This document shows positions 33,101-41,343 of a DNA stretch of 64,000 nt, in pieces. This DNA comes from Escherichia coli (lineage in GTDB: Bacteria > Pseudomonadota > Gammaproteobacteria > Enterobacterales > Enterobacteriaceae): NCBI RefSeq assembly GCF_024700885.2, contig NZ_CP117014.1. One strand, written 5' to 3'. Position numbers and translations under genes: made by a program. Numbering within the stretch: the stretch's first letter is position 1; every line of letters begins with the position of its first letter. A model generated the notes under the pieces. It did no database searches and was not told the DNA's origin. It saw only the letters and a list, made by a program, of their open reading frames with translations.

Positions 33101-36100
33101 TTACCGCCAGCTACTTTTGGCAAGGCATCAGCAATAGCTTTTACCTGGTCTGCAAGCTCAACGGGGAACTGGAATGTAATCGCACTGGCATACAGATCCG
33201 GGTCTATAGCAACCTTATCCATGTCACGGATGATGGAGAAGATGAAATCATCCGGTTTGTCGTTAGTGATATGCCCGTTTTCATCGACTGTCAGCTCATC
33301 ATTGCGACTTAACTCCTGAGCACGCTTACGAAGCTCTTCATAAGCAGTCTCCTGCTCCCCTGTCATCGGGATCTGCAAGGTGTTCTCGATGATGTCGGGA
33401 ATTTTAACCGTCGCTCCGACATCTGCAGCAGTCTTCAGAGTGGTCCAACGATGGAAAATACCACGCAGGCCGTCAAGGTTCTGGAAGCCCACCAGCCCCT
33501 GCTTCTCTTCCACTTCCCCGGAAATTTTCTGGACCTGAACTGTGGCTGTTTTGCCAAACACACGAACGAAATCATCAGGCGTAATGATGCCCATGCGCAT
33601 CCACTCTTCCTGCGGAATGACAGTAGACAGCATGTTGAAGGCATCAATCGGACTGTTCACCAGCGGTGTTGCCGTCAGCATGACTACACCACGCCCGTTG
33701 TTGCGTTTCATCATGTACGCAGCTTTTACAGCCATGTCGCGGGCCATCTTGGATACTGCCGGGTTAGGCAAATATGCCAGTTGTCCCGCTTCACGCCCGG
33801 CATTAAAGGAGTTGCGGTAGTTATGCCCCTCGTCGGCAATCACGCTATCGAAGTTCATATCCTCAAAGTACGGGATATTCTGCTTCTTCGTTGTACCGGT
33901 ATTCGCGGCCTGATCCTTAATCTTGTTCTTCTTCTGCGCATCACGGTGTTTACCGGACGCCAGGTCAAGACGCCCCATTTCCACAGCATTAAAGACAGCT
34001 TGCTGTGAGTTCTCCTCGATGGTTTTTTCTCGTAGCGGGATAGACGCGAATTGTTCTTTTGTCATGATGACCGTTCGCCAATTTGACGACGGGATCATGT
34101 TCATGCGCTGAACGATAACGGCGCTGGCGGACTCTTTCACAACATTTCTGGTAAGAGGCTGCCCGTTACTGTCGAGGCGTGGTTCGCCATTTTCATCAAG
34201 CACCGGCGCGGTCAGAATATTTCCGCTGTCATCACGAACTTCATCCAAACCGATAAACATCATATTGGCGAAGGCATCAGCACTGTAGAAACTCTGTGCC
34301 TCGTGATACCAGTTCTGATAAACCGCCTTCGGAACAACAATACACGTGCGTTTAGTGCGACCTGTTTCGAAGTTATACGCCTCAAGCGCAAGCGCGGTCG
34401 TGGTTTTACCCAGCCCGGTACCAAATCCCATGATGCCGCGCCCATCTTCTGACAAGCTACGAACTTCTTCATTCTGATAAGTCAGAGGAATGCGCTTTCC
34501 ACTAATCCCTTCCAGGCCAAGCGGTGCGTTAGAGTGCGTGAACGGAATGAAGCCATTGAATGCGTCGTTATAGTCACGGGCTATCTGATCCGCCTGCGGG
34601 TGGGTGCGTAACCAGTCGTTAAAGCTAACTTCCAGTTGAGCAATTTTATCCAAGTACTCGTTAGCGTTCTGCCCACGCGGTTTAACACCGTTCAGGTAGT
34701 TTTCTAACTGGTTCAGGAAGCCGTCTTTATTGTTGGCCTTCTTGAACTCATTCCCGTTTTTGCCGTTTACGGTTCGTAGTTGATAGCCGGTAAATACCCC
34801 GTCCTTACCTTCGTAATCGTCCGGAGATACCAGAATGCCATCGACGACCTTCAGATCAGGTTCAGTGTACTTAAACTCGTCATAGCCCTGCTCTGCCAGG
34901 AACTCTTTTATCAAGCGGCGATCCAGCCAGCGGGCATTCAGATTAACGGTGACTTTATTTAGTGGCGTGAAAATGCGTTTCTCTTCGATTTTCGCCAACT
35001 GACGCTCAAAGTTCGCTTTCTGCTCACCTGTTGACGCATCACGCCAGCCCACCAGCAGTGCTGTTTTGGTTGCAACATCGCCGCTGGTGGCGCGGTCCAT
35101 CGGCAGCAGACAGCCATACCCATCAATAGCGATATCATCAAATTTCGCCAGGTATTCAAGGACCGCGTCGTCGTCCTCTGGCAGTTCACCAGCAAACGCC
35201 TCACGAAAGTCGCCCAGCGTTATAGGATTAAGGGCTACATCACTAAAAAGATGTGCTATCACTTGTTCAGGACGCGTAAAGTCAATACCGGCAGCACCAT
35301 CCGTTACATCAAGTCGCCCTGCCAGAAGGTCAGAAGTGGAACCATCCTGTTTCACATTGCCAGTGAACGTCATCCAGTTTTTAGCGCCAGCTTCAGCAAG
35401 CCCATTCAGCTTAATCGCGTGCGGTGGTCCATACTTCGCAACTTCTGCTGCCGCCAGGCGGGATGCATCTGCCAGTTTGTCATCAACGTTCACCCCCAGG
35501 TTACGCAAATCAAGTGCCTTGTTGATCAACTGACCTATCAGTGCACCGCGCATAACGCGCTCCCTGTCTTTTTCTCGCTGCTTGCCAGCAAAGCGAATCA
35601 TTGCTGCCACTTCATCACTGACAACCGATGGATAGTCGGACGCGATCGCCGATATCTGGTCCCATGACAAAGCCAGAATCCCGTTTGTTGACTGGAACGC
35701 GATCTGCAGATCGCCAAACGTCGAAACACCATATCGACTTACATCAAGCGCGGAGGATTTGGTTGTCGTGTCCTTAACCCATTTCAGACCATCAAACTCA
35801 TGCCAGATACCGCCTACAAGGCGTTTATCGCCCACTTTCGCGCCCTGCCATGCCTGAGTAGTTACGCCGAGCAAATCCCAATTGATGCGACTATCAAAGC
35901 GACGAGATAGCGCGGTTTTCATCGACTCATTGGATACACGACCGTCTTTTTTCACCACCAGGGTATTGCGGAAGCTGGTACGTTCCATGTCGCCGTAAAC
36001 AAATCGCTTCCCTTCGGTTGTAAACCATTTCCCTTTGAGGAAGGTATCCCAAAGGACGTTTGCCGATTTGAGCGTCGAATCATCCGTATCGGGGATCATC

Positions 36101-36957
36101 ACCAGGAAGGCTTCCGGGTGTTTACGCAATACCCATACGTCCACCACGGTATCTGTACCTGATTCACTGAACGTACCGGAAGGCATACGATGCGCGCCCA
36201 AAAATTCCGCTTTACGGCTGACTTTATCGCGCAATTTTTTGTATTTCGTACCATCAGTCATGCCATTCGGCACCACCAATACGATAAGCCCACCAGGTTT
36301 AACCTTGTCGATCGTGCGCAGCACAAAGTAATTGCCAACGTTCTTCTCGTTTGCATATGCCGGATCAAGCCCTGCAACGCCGGAACGGCCTTCGCCAAAC
36401 GGTACGTTACCAACAGCGTGGTCATACATTGCGTCTTTCGCCGCCAGCGCCTCAAACGCCCCGATATTCACATCGTCTTCCGGGTGCAAAAGCTGGTTTA
36501 TTCGACCGGAAATCGGAGACAGCTCGGCGCTGGTCATTATCATTCCCTGCCGTTTTGTCTCCTGGAAAATACCCGTGCCAGCTGATGGTTCCAGTACGTG
36601 ACCGCCATCAATACCGTAGTCAGCAAACAGCTCCCATATACCTTCAGCCATAAACTGTGGCGTGTAGTATTCGTATTGGCTGCCCTCACCATCTGTCAGG
36701 CCGCCTTCACCGGTATACCCAGCAAGAATCTGACGTTGTTCGTCAGTTAATTTCGCCCCATCGAAGCCGGGCGGAAGGGAATTAAGAAGATTTACTGCGG
36801 CATTGTTTGCTGCCCGGCGTGTTTTCTGAATACTGACGCCATCGGCTTTCCTGACGCCAAAGGTCGCAACAGCACGTAATTTATGCAACCGACTAACAAT
36901 TTCAATCAGTTCGCCTAAGCTGGAGGCTTCACTGATTGAATGAAGTAGTTTGTCCAA
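30121..36957 (-). CDS. darB: DarB-like methyltransferase-helicase (capsid-packaged anti-restriction protein)
   Basis: 2278 aa (P1 DarB is about 2255 aa); MTase motifs EPSAGTG and NVPF; helicase motifs GTGLGKT, DEGH, TATPL, QRNGRGARVG. Confidence 0.85.
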   Translation of the reverse strand: MDKLLHSISEASSLGELIEIVSRLHKLRAVATFGVRKADGVSIQKTRRAANNAAVNLLNSLPPGFDGAKLTDEQRQILAGYTGEGGLTDGEGSQYEYYTPQFMAEGIWELFADYGIDGGHVLEPSAGTGIFQETKRQGMIMTSAELSPISGRINQLLHPEDDVNIGAFEALAAKDAMYDHAVGNVPFGEGRSGVAGLDPAYANEKNVGNYFVLRTIDKVKPGGLIVLVVPNGMTDGTKYKKLRDKVSRKAEFLGAHRMPSGTFSESGTDTVVDVWVLRKHPEAFLVMIPDTDDSTLKSANVLWDTFLKGKWFTTEGKRFVYGDMERTSFRNTLVVKKDGRVSNESMKTALSRRFDSRINWDLLGVTTQAWQGAKVGDKRLVGGIWHEFDGLKWVKDTTTKSSALDVSRYGVSTFGDLQIAFQSTNGILALSWDQISAIASDYPSVVSDEVAAMIRFAGKQREKDRERVMRGALIGQLINKALDLRNLGVNVDDKLADASRLAAAEVAKYGPPHAIKLNGLAEAGAKNWMTFTGNVKQDGSTSDLLAGRLDVTDGAAGIDFTRPEQVIAHLFSDVALNPITLGDFREAFAGELPEDDDAVLEYLAKFDDIAIDGYGCLLPMDRATSGDVATKTALLVGWRDASTGEQKANFERQLAKIEEKRIFTPLNKVTVNLNARWLDRRLIKEFLAEQGYDEFKYTEPDLKVVDGILVSPDDYEGKDGVFTGYQLRTVNGKNGNEFKKANNKDGFLNQLENYLNGVKPRGQNANEYLDKIAQLEVSFNDWLRTHPQADQIARDYNDAFNGFIPFTHSNAPLGLEGISGKRIPLTYQNEEVRSLSEDGRGIMGFGTGLGKTTTALALEAYNFETGRTKRTCIVVPKAVYQNWYHEAQSFYSADAFANMMFIGLDEVRDDSGNILTAPVLDENGEPRLDSNGQPLTRNVVKESASAVIVQRMNMIPSSNWRTVIMTKEQFASIPLREKTIEENSQQAVFNAVEMGRLDLASGKHRDAQKKNKIKDQAANTGTTKKQNIPYFEDMNFDSVIADEGHNYRNSFNAGREAGQLAYLPNPAVSKMARDMAVKAAYMMKRNNGRGVVMLTATPLVNSPIDAFNMLSTVIPQEEWMRMGIITPDDFVRVFGKTATVQVQKISGEVEEKQGLVGFQNLDGLRGIFHRWTTLKTAADVGATVKIPDIIENTLQIPMTGEQETAYEELRKRAQELSRNDELTVDENGHITNDKPDDFIFSIIRDMDKVAIDPDLYASAITFQFPVELADQVKAIADALPKVAGGKVADDVDEAEEDGAGGLVSTRTSKVVKTAFSEHPTHVEIRASIELEAEILKAIAAAGIDMQQVSHPIPPKYAALIENLREGLKNGKQIVFIDEKAQHQKLRRIIASALQMPEQEIGIINATTVSQAGGIKLKKVNKPTEPTPNKNGEYKEGAWETYYSKLAQYEDYLSAKNDAGLEGMEGIAADYNEGRTRIIICNKKAEVGINLHIGTTDIHHLTLPWTPASIDQRNGRGARVGSPQEKVNVHYYCGKGTFDDFRLDTLKRKKDWIKMVMTSDMSEIANGDADDADERAIMLAANPEERRAIMARQAQEREERLKLKAQREANNALDIYLKAANAAGKDIGMMETELKSAMEQIEYYQRNLDDLIKAGTNRNGQKYALEQLSSYRKRARVLRFAITRAKDADTIMKRSRGEVERAIKSGVLDISIDVIQNPQEYMRTDKNILLHKGSYYRAVIDDRETTAIVRVEKIDGEKAQYLCRIAWLDRASRYARAPGSIVTLPFDSVIEAVTFEEGVAESRATAARGVQCHQLSTILTRDQFYDAIRNGVMNVIAGKPGNAWGGGSAIKYWAYRTDDGQIALSSAYDGVIGQKIGRASDIAPERWIYPDGNDEALKREVAKIQASDNPLNIVDGEGFLQALYGYDYTQGMQAWGAQATMDDVAHEFENWMAGRGLSGRSLNKVTSEDILSLFRKPSGEGLESFWRTVLAYRLFQGRMKAFSNIDDIERMFNQVKIAKIKAKIEKTRSALVAWRDALFEQYKSLSDADGWAALEQLANNGVDGAKLAIVQADNPLESPAAQWIKVGAVINAFDEKHISKDDFADAVSVNRLVEMATRRARELKDGDYVNELPDTLKSATWQDYVSLKNGGATESEIAERLEQAESKREEQAAVAEARADEAANDDYIIVVNDKPIRAKARVRGRWWSVSEDVGAVYLIADQPGSSTIRNAKDAIKKIGGRFWNFEANPVADVNFDRPAWMVSTRYSVDELRKIIADAA

Positions 36958-37108
36958 AGGATTTCCCCCTCTAAACCGTAAAAAATTCCGCTATGCGGTA
37001 CGGTTGAGAGGGTATGGAGAATGTTATTTTCAGGGGGACGATACTACCGTCAAAATCACATACTCCCCATAGTTTGCCTACTTATTAACCCATGACCGGG
37101 AGAAAAAT

Positions 37109-37594
37109 ATGGCAAACATTGAACCTCGCTGGCTAATTGAAGCCCGTAAGCACATTGGCTTGACTGAAATAAAAGGCGCTAAACACAACCCTGAAATCGT
37201 TCAGTTCTGGCGCGACATCAAGCGCGGCGGAATTAAAGACGATGAAACGCCGTGGTGCGCAGCATTTGTCGGTGCAATGCTGGAACGTGTAGGCATTCGC
37301 TCAACAAGATTTGAGTCGGCAAAATCCTATCTGGATTGGGGCGAGAAATTAGATACACCGGCATACGGATGTATCGTTGTATTTACCCGCGTAGGCGGTG
37401 GGCACGTAGGCTTCGTTGTCGGACGCCGCGCCAATGGCGATCTGCTTGTCCTGGGTGGGAACCAGGGGGATGCGGTTAATATTCGCGCATTCCCAACATC
37501 AAGAGTGTCTGGCTATCGCTGGCCTGCTGGCGAACCACGCAATACCGCCCTGTTACCAGTCGGAGACGCAGCAACCTCAACTAATGAGGCATGA
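37109..37594 (+). CDS. TIGR02594-type (NlpC/P60-CHAP-like) peptidoglycan hydrolase
   Basis: 161 aa; TEIKGAKHNPEIVQFW..TPWCAAFV..GGHVGFVVG pattern of that family (from memory). Confidence 0.6.
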   Translation: MANIEPRWLIEARKHIGLTEIKGAKHNPEIVQFWRDIKRGGIKDDETPWCAAFVGAMLERVGIRSTRFESAKSYLDWGEKLDTPAYGCIVVFTRVGGGHVGFVVGRRANGDLLVLGGNQGDAVNIRAFPTSRVSGYRWPAGEPRNTALLPVGDAATSTNEA

Positions 37595-37599
37595 AAAAA

Positions 37600-37618
37600 G
37601 CCCCGGCCAGGCCGGGGC
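37600..37618 (-). terminator. stem-loop terminator
   Basis: GCCCCGGC-cag-GCCGGGGC with a T-run on the minus strand. Confidence 0.55.
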
Positions 37619-37626
37619 ATCACGCT

Positions 37627-37827
37627 TCAAGTCACGATCCAATCATTACCGACTATATCAGCCGTCGATAAATCAACTTCCCGGATCTGGAGTCCATTAA
37701 TACAAAACCATCCGGTAGTAGAGTAATTATCAGGCCAGGCCCATACACCAACACTCCATGCTTTACGGCGGCACACTTCAGCCTGTCCTTCCCTGATTTT
37801 TTTTACCGCCTGCATGATGTCCATCAC
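37627..37827 (-). CDS. 66-aa protein, DUF2829-like
   Basis: MQAVKKIREGQAEVCRRKAW...STADIVGNDWIVT mirrors the N- and C-terminal DUF2829 motifs in a shortened form. Confidence 0.4.
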   Translation of the reverse strand: MMDIMQAVKKIREGQAEVCRRKAWSVGVWAWPDNYSTTGWFCINGLQIREVDLSTADIVGNDWIVT

Positions 37828-38531
37828 TCACCTCCCCAACCGATCACCTGGAATTGCCCCATTTTGGGGTGATACCAGCGTTTTCCTCGGTGTTCAGCCT
37901 CCGACATCATCCGGTTAAAAGCATTCATGAAGGGAGATAAGGCCACGATGGAACGACGCGACAATACCCCCTCTGGAGTCAAAAACTCATGTGTATCGGT
38001 GGGAATCCGGTAAGCGTTGACAAGGTTTCGGCATTTGGCTTCAGTCAGGCCGCATTTCGCCGCCAGCTGGCGGTAGCCAATGTAGCCTTCCGGAATATTG
38101 CCTTTCTTTATTTGCTCGACGGTTTCAGCGACCTGGCTAACCTTTGACTCAACAGCATGAATCAGCTTTTGCTGCTGAACTGCATTCGCAGCCATTGCAG
38201 CGATCATCTCTATTTCGGTCAACGGCTGGCGTACTTGTTCTTCCAGTTCGCGCCAGCGGTCCACCAGCCGGGCGGTGAATTCGGGAGAGAGCTGCGCGAC
38301 GACAATGATGCTGTCTCGTTTGCCTTGCTCGCCTTCGAAGACGTAAGCCTCAACGCCACGACGCAATCCTAAGTTATTGATTTTTTCGAAAACAGCCATT
38401 GGCGGTTTTCGGATAATGCTTCGAGCAACCATACGCTCAATACTACGTTTAACGTCAGAGTGTTGGCTTCCCACCAGCTCCGCAATCTCAATGCTGGTCA
38501 TTGATAGTTTTTCGAGAATGCAGATACCCAT
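37824..38531 (-). CDS. Rha-family regulatory protein (antirepressor position)
   Basis: 235 aa; MTSIEIAELVGSQHSDVKRSIERM is the typical Rha N-terminus; follows an icd-sized ORF as ant does in P1 immI. Confidence 0.6.
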   Translation of the reverse strand: MGICILEKLSMTSIEIAELVGSQHSDVKRSIERMVARSIIRKPPMAVFEKINNLGLRRGVEAYVFEGEQGKRDSIIVVAQLSPEFTARLVDRWRELEEQVRQPLTEIEMIAAMAANAVQQQKLIHAVESKVSQVAETVEQIKKGNIPEGYIGYRQLAAKCGLTEAKCRNLVNAYRIPTDTHEFLTPEGVLSRRSIVALSPFMNAFNRMMSEAEHRGKRWYHPKMGQFQVIGWGGE

Positions 38532-38755
38532 CAGTGTGCCTCCGCAATTCCGGGATTGGTAATATTGCGATACCAGGGATTAGTGTTTGGTTGTGGGGAA
38601 GTAGAGAAACGACCAGTAAGAACACCATGCTGATCAGGGATCAGAGAACGGGCTTCTTTTTCGGTTGCGGCAATTGCGAAGTGATCGCAGCGTTTTTGCA
38701 GGGAGTGGAAACGCCAGATGAATTCTGGACGTGAGCAAGGATTGGCATTAACCAT
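38531..38755 (-). CDS. Icd-position small protein
   Basis: 74 aa (P1 Icd is 73 aa); 1-nt ATGA overlap with the downstream Rha gene; positional call only. Confidence 0.35.
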   Translation of the reverse strand: MVNANPCSRPEFIWRFHSLQKRCDHFAIAATEKEARSLIPDQHGVLTGRFSTSPQPNTNPWYRNITNPGIAEAH

Positions 38756-38759
38756 AGTT

Positions 38760-38990
38760 ACGGCCTCACTAACAGGTTTAACAACCTGCCACCCGCTGTC
38801 AAACAGGTGGCAGGACGTGACAGGGTTGACAGACTGGCGTTAGTGAAACCAGCAGGCCGAAGCCTCCCCATCACGCCCCACCATAATTCGGGCGTAACGC
38901 GGTTTACGGACACAAAAATACCGCAATATCGGAAATCTGCGGTTGTCCGCACTAACATTCAGGCTGTCAAACCCGGTCGCAGAATTTGCT
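38760..38990 (-). ncRNA. candidate c4-like antisense RNA region
   Basis: Non-coding leader between operator copy 12 and the icd-position ORF. The minus strand carries GTTTGACAGC twice (38972-38963, 38804-38795) flanking the complementary CTGTCAAC (38832-38825), plus hairpin CCTGCCACC/GGTGGCAGG. Confidence 0.25.
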
Positions 38991-39100
38991 ACGACGGCAT
39001 GAATATAAGCCTGAAAACATGGAAGATCAACTAAAAATTTCAGCAATGGATGACTTCAGTCGATGATGCAGATCATACATTCCGTTTTAGAAACAGCAAA

Positions 39101-39114
39101 TTAATTTTCTAACA
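39101..39114 (-). promoter_or_regulatory. operator-like 14-mer, copy 12
   Basis: Minus strand reads TGTTAGAAAATTAA; faces the weak half TTTTAGAAACAGCA. Confidence 0.5.
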
Positions 39115-39168
39115 TAAATAATCGGCCGAGCATTTTCCGATCATTGGGATGTTTTGTAGACACACAGG

Positions 39169-40131
39169 TCATCCCCTAAATCCCGCAGGGATTGACCAAT
39201 CCTCACGGTCAAATTCAGACCGATAGCCACGCTGTTTCATCAGGTCAAAGGCTTCACCAATGGTTGCACACCCCTGGGAGCCAGAATAATCCATTGAGAA
39301 ATCTAGGGCACTGGATTGTTTAGGCTTATTCACTGCGGTAGCGGCACTACGTATCCATGCAAATTTTTTTGCCAGCTTTTCAGCGGTACGATACAGAGCC
39401 TGCCGTTTTGCGTGCCCCTCGTCTGAACGACGCTTTGCAGCTCTCGCTTTTGCCGCCGCCAGGCAGTGGTTGGTATGTTCTTCCCTGATTACTGGTTTTT
39501 TATCCAGTACCCCGTTATCCGTTTGAGAACTATCTGCAGGTGAAGCCTTTGGCTGAACCGCGCATGATCTTTCTCTTCTTTTGGCTATAGAGTGACTCTT
39601 ATTTTCTATTGGCTGTTCATTTTGAACATGGGGGGACTTGTTCAATTTGAACAGGGGGTTCCCAGTTTCAAAAAAATAACGAACCTTTGAAATCAACTGC
39701 TTAACCAGTTTTGTGGCGTTGGCAAATTTGATGCCCTGCTTACCCCCTATCTCCATTGCTACATGAATGAAGTGGAGAAATTGTGTCGTAAACCGATATA
39801 CGTTACACACCTGGGCATTGTTATTCGCTACCTGATGTTGCTTAACAAGCATTCCGCACTTCGTCGCTTCAGCAAATGCCCGGCGCACAGTAGAAATACT
39901 GCGTCCTGTAATCTCGGACATATCAGCATATGAGCGACGGATCATGTATTCATCGGTAGACCCTGCCAGGTTGGCGAACTCGGCAATAATGGCGCTATGT
40001 GAAGGGGAAAGAAGACCGCTATGACGAGCAAAAAAACTCAACTGATGACCTTTGATTTTTTTGTGGTATTCAGTGTTGTTTTTATACTCAGAAGTGTTGA
40101 AAGTTACTGAAACTGAATTTAAAATACTCAC
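39169..40131 (-). CDS. wHTH protein, possible RepL-like lytic replication initiator
   Basis: 320 aa, GTG start; MSEITGRSISTVRRAFAEATKCGMLVK winged-helix segment; operator copy 13 upstream, as for C1-controlled kilA-repL in P1; functional call is weak. Confidence 0.35.
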   Translation of the reverse strand: MSILNSVSVTFNTSEYKNNTEYHKKIKGHQLSFFARHSGLLSPSHSAIIAEFANLAGSTDEYMIRRSYADMSEITGRSISTVRRAFAEATKCGMLVKQHQVANNNAQVCNVYRFTTQFLHFIHVAMEIGGKQGIKFANATKLVKQLISKVRYFFETGNPLFKLNKSPHVQNEQPIENKSHSIAKRRERSCAVQPKASPADSSQTDNGVLDKKPVIREEHTNHCLAAAKARAAKRRSDEGHAKRQALYRTAEKLAKKFAWIRSAATAVNKPKQSSALDFSMDYSGSQGCATIGEAFDLMKQRGYRSEFDREDWSIPAGFRG

Positions 40132-40194
40132 CAGATAGTTCCGTGAAAAAATCTATCTACCGTATAAATCTATGGCAGTGGATTTATACACCCA

Positions 40195-40226
40195 AAAAGC
40201 CGCTTCTCAGCGGCTTTTGCTTTTTT
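40195..40226 (-). terminator. stem-loop terminator after the pro-position gene
   Basis: AAAAGCCGC-ttctca-GCGGCTTTT with T-runs on both strands. Confidence 0.6.
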
Positions 40227-40304
40227 GGCAGTCGCTACCGGAGCAGTGACCGCGATCCTACTCGATCCCATCCACCAGGATCAACAGTGTATATAAATAC
40301 ACTA

Positions 40305-40318
40305 TGTTAGAAATTTAA
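40305..40318 (+). promoter_or_regulatory. operator-like 14-mer, copy 13
   Basis: TGTTAGAAATTTAA, preceded by the palindrome AGTGTATATAAATACACT (40286-40303). Confidence 0.45.
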
Positions 40319-40331
40319 CTTAACAAGGCGA

Positions 40332-41330
40332 TTACCCCCTTCTGGAAACGAAGAGTAACGGGGTAGTGTTTTTGTTCTCCTTCGGTGATAACTCTGGTTC
40401 TTTCTTGCCTGATACCGGTAAGCCATAAGTAGCATTTGCCCCAAGAGATTCAAGCATCGCAGCCACTATGCGGGCATCATCTTCAGACTGCATACGGCAG
40501 AGCGCCCGGCGCTGTTCTGCGCTGATAAAAACAGGCATTTCCTGGATAGCTTCACGCAAAATCCGGCGGCATTGCTTTGCATTTTCCCCCTGGCTTTCCA
40601 TCATCGCTGTTTGAGCGCGCAGCTTATCTCGAAGCTGTATGTTTTCCACTTCAAGGAGCATCAATTCTGATTCCAGGGCTTCACGATGTGCAGATTCGAG
40701 CATGGCTTGCTGATTTTTCATTGCTGAAAAGTGGTGAACCAGATCCGTAGCAGCGTTATCGGTAAAACCTTGTTCGATAAGTGCTGCATGAATAGCCGCA
40801 TCGCGCTCTTCTGCTGATTCAAGCATCAGGCTTTTCTTGTCGAGGCTGATATAGTTAGGCACAGTTACGTAATCAAAGCCGTGGAAAGACTTTACCAGGG
40901 ATACCGATGAATCTGGACCAGATGTAGCCCACGACCAACCACCAGCACCAGAATTAATCATGCCCTGAACAATACGCCCGGTGTCTGTATTCAGTATTTC
41001 CTGCGTATGAGTAACAATGCCGTTGTCGTCAATCGAAATGTCGATAGTCCTGTTTGACGGCACGTTCTCCAATACAACAGGCTTCCCATCTACCATCACA
41101 ACAGAGACTTCCGGCAAGTTCAGGCTTTTCGTTTTGTTATAGTGCATCGCCCGGCGACCATGACCGTAATAACCATACATCTCACCCAGCGCGATACGCT
41201 CTTTTGTTTCTGGCGAGTTGAATGTGTCTCGTACCGACTGAATGACGTAATTTCGGTTGTTCTGCGGTGTGTGTTTGCGGATTTTCTCTACCAGGGAGAA
41301 GCGATCCGTAACAGTATTCAGTGATTGCAT
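40332..41330 (-). CDS. pro: head processing protease/scaffold-like protein (pro position)
   Basis: 332 aa directly after the portal-position gene; C-terminal coiled coil; positional analogy to P1 prt-pro. Confidence 0.45.
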   Translation of the reverse strand: MQSLNTVTDRFSLVEKIRKHTPQNNRNYVIQSVRDTFNSPETKERIALGEMYGYYGHGRRAMHYNKTKSLNLPEVSVVMVDGKPVVLENVPSNRTIDISIDDNGIVTHTQEILNTDTGRIVQGMINSGAGGWSWATSGPDSSVSLVKSFHGFDYVTVPNYISLDKKSLMLESAEERDAAIHAALIEQGFTDNAATDLVHHFSAMKNQQAMLESAHREALESELMLLEVENIQLRDKLRAQTAMMESQGENAKQCRRILREAIQEMPVFISAEQRRALCRMQSEDDARIVAAMLESLGANATYGLPVSGKKEPELSPKENKNTTPLLFVSRRG

Positions 41331-41343
41331 TATTTCCCTCCGG

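Noticed and set aside
31681-33319. Long plus-strand ORFs (198, 283 and 220 aa) antisense to darB
   Set aside because: They are fully contained in the 2278-aa gene with clear MTase and helicase motifs. They are low-complexity Ser/Ala/Phe-rich translations typical of antisense frames. The same reasoning applies to the antisense ORFs inside sit, pacA, pacB, the ddrB-position gene and the portal-position gene.
38758-39046. 66-aa and 68-aa minus-strand ORFs upstream of the icd-position gene
   Set aside because: They overlap each other in different frames, lack an RBS, are Arg/Cys/Trp-rich, and sit where a c4-like RNA leader is expected.
40162-40303. AT-rich palindromes GTATAAATC-N10-GATTTATAC and AGTGTATATAAATACACT as an Lpa late-promoter box or oriL
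   Set aside because: I could not find the same motif upstream of the other late operons (darB, prt-position, lydA, tail block), each of which has a different inverted repeat. There is no basis for assigning a function.
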